A stretch of DNA of 64,000 nucleotides from Eledone cirrhosa (lineage: Eukaryota), in assembly GCA_964016885.1 (NCBI GenBank), contig OZ024744.1:101370001-101434000 (forward strand). Reading direction: 5' to 3'. Under the pieces are notes generated by a model, which ran no database searches, was not told the origin of the DNA, and saw nothing but the letters and a program-made list of their open reading frames with translations. Both the position numbers and the translations under genes were made by a program. Shown in pieces: positions 62,201-64,000 of the stretch (position 1 is the stretch's first letter; every line of letters starts with the position of its first letter).

Positions 62201-64000
62201 GTCATTTCAAAAAGCACCCAGCCCACACGGTAAAGTGGTCATGTAGGTGTCATTTCAAAAAGCACCCAGTACTCACTGTAAAGTGGTCATGTAGTTGTCA
62301 TGAGAAAAAGCACCCAGTACTCACTGTAAAGTGGTCATGTATGTGTCATGACAAAAAGCTCTCAGCCCACAGTGTAAAGTGGTCATGTAGGTGTCATTTC
62401 AAAAAGCACCCAGTACTCACTGTAAAGTGGTCATGTAGGTGTCATGAGAAAAAGCACCCAGCCCACACTGTAAAGTGGTCAGGTAGGTGTCATTTCAAAA
62501 AGCACCCAGTACTCACTGTAAAGTGGTAGTGTAGGTATCATGGCAAAAAGCACCCAGTACTCACTGTAAAGTGGTCATGTAGGTGTCATGACAAAAAGCT
62601 CTCAGCCCACACTGTAAAGTGGTCATGTAGGTGTCATTTCAAAAAGCACCCAGTACTCACTGTAAATGTGGCCTTGTAGGTGTCTTGACAAAAAGCACCC
62701 AGTACTCACTGTAAAGTGGCCATGTAGGTGTCATGAGAAAAAGCACCCAGTCCACACTGTAAAGTGGACATGTAGGTGTCATGAGAAAAAGCACCCAGTA
62801 CTCACTGTAAAGTGGTCATGTAGGTTTCATTTCAAAAAGCACCCAGTACTCACTGTAAAGTGGTCATGTAGGTGTCATTTCAAAAAGCACCCAGTACTCA
62901 CTGTAAATGTGGCCTTGTAGGTGTCTTGACAAAAAGCACCCAGTACTCACTGTAAAGTGGCCATGTAGGTGTCATGAGAAAAAGCACCCAGTCCACACTG
63001 TAAAGTGGACATGTAGGTTTCATGAGAAAAAGCACCCAGGCCACACTGAAAGTGGTCATGTAGGTGTCATTTCAAAAAGCACCCAGTACTCACTGTAAAG
63101 TGGTCATGTAGGTTTCATGAGAAAAAGCACCCAGGCCACACTGAAAGTGGTCATGTAGGTGTCATTTCAAAAAACACCCAGTCCACACTGTAAAGTGGTC
63201 ATGTAGGTGTCATGACAAAAAGCACCCAGTCCATACTATAAAGTGGTCATGTAGCTGTCATTACAAAAAGCTCCCAGTACTCACTGTAAAAGTGGTCATG
63301 TAGGTGTCATGACAAAAAACAGCCAGTACTCACTGTAAAGTGGTCTTGTAGGTGTCTTCATAAAAAGCACCCAGTACTCACTGTAAAGTGGTCATGTAGG
63401 TGTCATGAGAAAAAGCACCCAGTACTCACTGTAAAGTGGTCATGTAGGTGTCATGACAAAAAGCACCCAATACTCACTGTAAAGTGGTCATGTAGGTGTC
63501 ATGGCAAAAAGCACCCAGTACTGACTGTAAAGTGGTCATGTAGGTGTCATGAGAAAAAGCACCCAGTACTCACAGTAATGTGGTCATGTAGGTGTCATGA
63601 CAAAAAGCTCTCAGCCCACACTGTAAAGTGGTCATGTAGGTGTCATTTCAAAAAGCACCCAGTACTCACTGTAAAGTGGTCATGTAGGTGTCATGAGAAA
63701 AAGCACCCAGTCCACACTGTAAAGTGGACATGTAGGTGTCATGACAAAAAGCTGTCAGTCCATACTATAAAGTGCTCATGTAGCTGTCGTTACAAAAAGC
63801 TCCCAGTACTCACTGTAAAAGTGGTCATGTAGGTGTCATGACAAAAAACAGCCAGTACTCACTGTAAAGTGGTCTTGTAGGTGTCTTGATAAAAAGCACC
63901 CAGTACTCACTGTAAAGTGGTCATGTAGGTGTCATGACAAAAACACCCATTACTTTAATGTAAAGTGGTCATCTAGGCCTCATGAAAAAAAGCACCCAGT

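Larger units (their letters stand above)
12537..64000 (+). repeat. 48-bp satellite DNA array (>51 kb, roughly 1,070 monomers, runs off the window)
   Basis: Consensus GTAGGTGTCATGACAAAAAGCACCCAGTACTCACTGTAAAGTGGTCAT, head-to-tail in a single orientation, with 47/49/50-bp variants. I saw no interrupting insertion. Confidence 0.99.

Noticed and set aside
12537-64000. Dozens of Cys/His/Lys-rich ORFs ((VKWSCRCHDKKHPVLT)n on plus, (CHDTYMTTLQCGLGAF)n on minus) resembling zinc-finger or metal-binding repeat proteins
   Set aside because: The monomer is 48 bp (16 codons), so stop-free frames arise automatically. Frames are broken at random by 47/49-bp monomers, the spacing does not fit C2H2, and the unit derives from a LINE UTR.
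12537-64000. CRISPR-like array (conserved block alternating with a variable block)
   Set aside because: The variable part is a small set of point variants of one sequence, not unique spacers. There are no cas genes and the context is eukaryotic.
12537-64000. Hammerhead ribozyme in the satellite monomer, as in newt or schistosome satellites
   Set aside because: No CTGANGA plus GAAA core on either strand of the consensus.

Overview
Eukaryotic, gene-free, repeat-only window. An AT-rich invertebrate, probably cephalopod-like, is inferred from the RTE/SINE/microsatellite style and is not proven. Bases 1-12.5 kb are a nest of transposable elements: six 5'-truncated RTE-clade LINE pieces, most sitting in (TA)n tracts; a compact, structurally complete 4.27-kb Gypsy-type LTR retrotransposon (minus strand, 307-bp LTRs, GTACC TSD, gag/-1 frameshift/pol) inserted into one of the RTE copies; a tRNA-derived SINE; and two foldback elements. 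From ~12,537 to the window end lies a >51-kb tandem array of a 48-bp monomer (roughly 1,070 copies) with layered higher-order structure. Best observations: (1) the monomer is the short tandem unit of the neighbouring RTE 3'UTR, amplified from a CpG-decayed variant; (2) the LTR element has no canonical TGG primer-binding site, but the 12 nt abutting its 5' LTR are exactly complementary to the 5' end of tRNA-Phe and can also fold back on U5, suggesting non-canonical priming; (3) the RTE ORF carries a C4HC3 PHD-type finger inside the RT region; (4) one foldback element contains a degenerate hammerhead-like core. The many Cys/His-rich ORFs in the array are explained by 48 being a multiple of 3.
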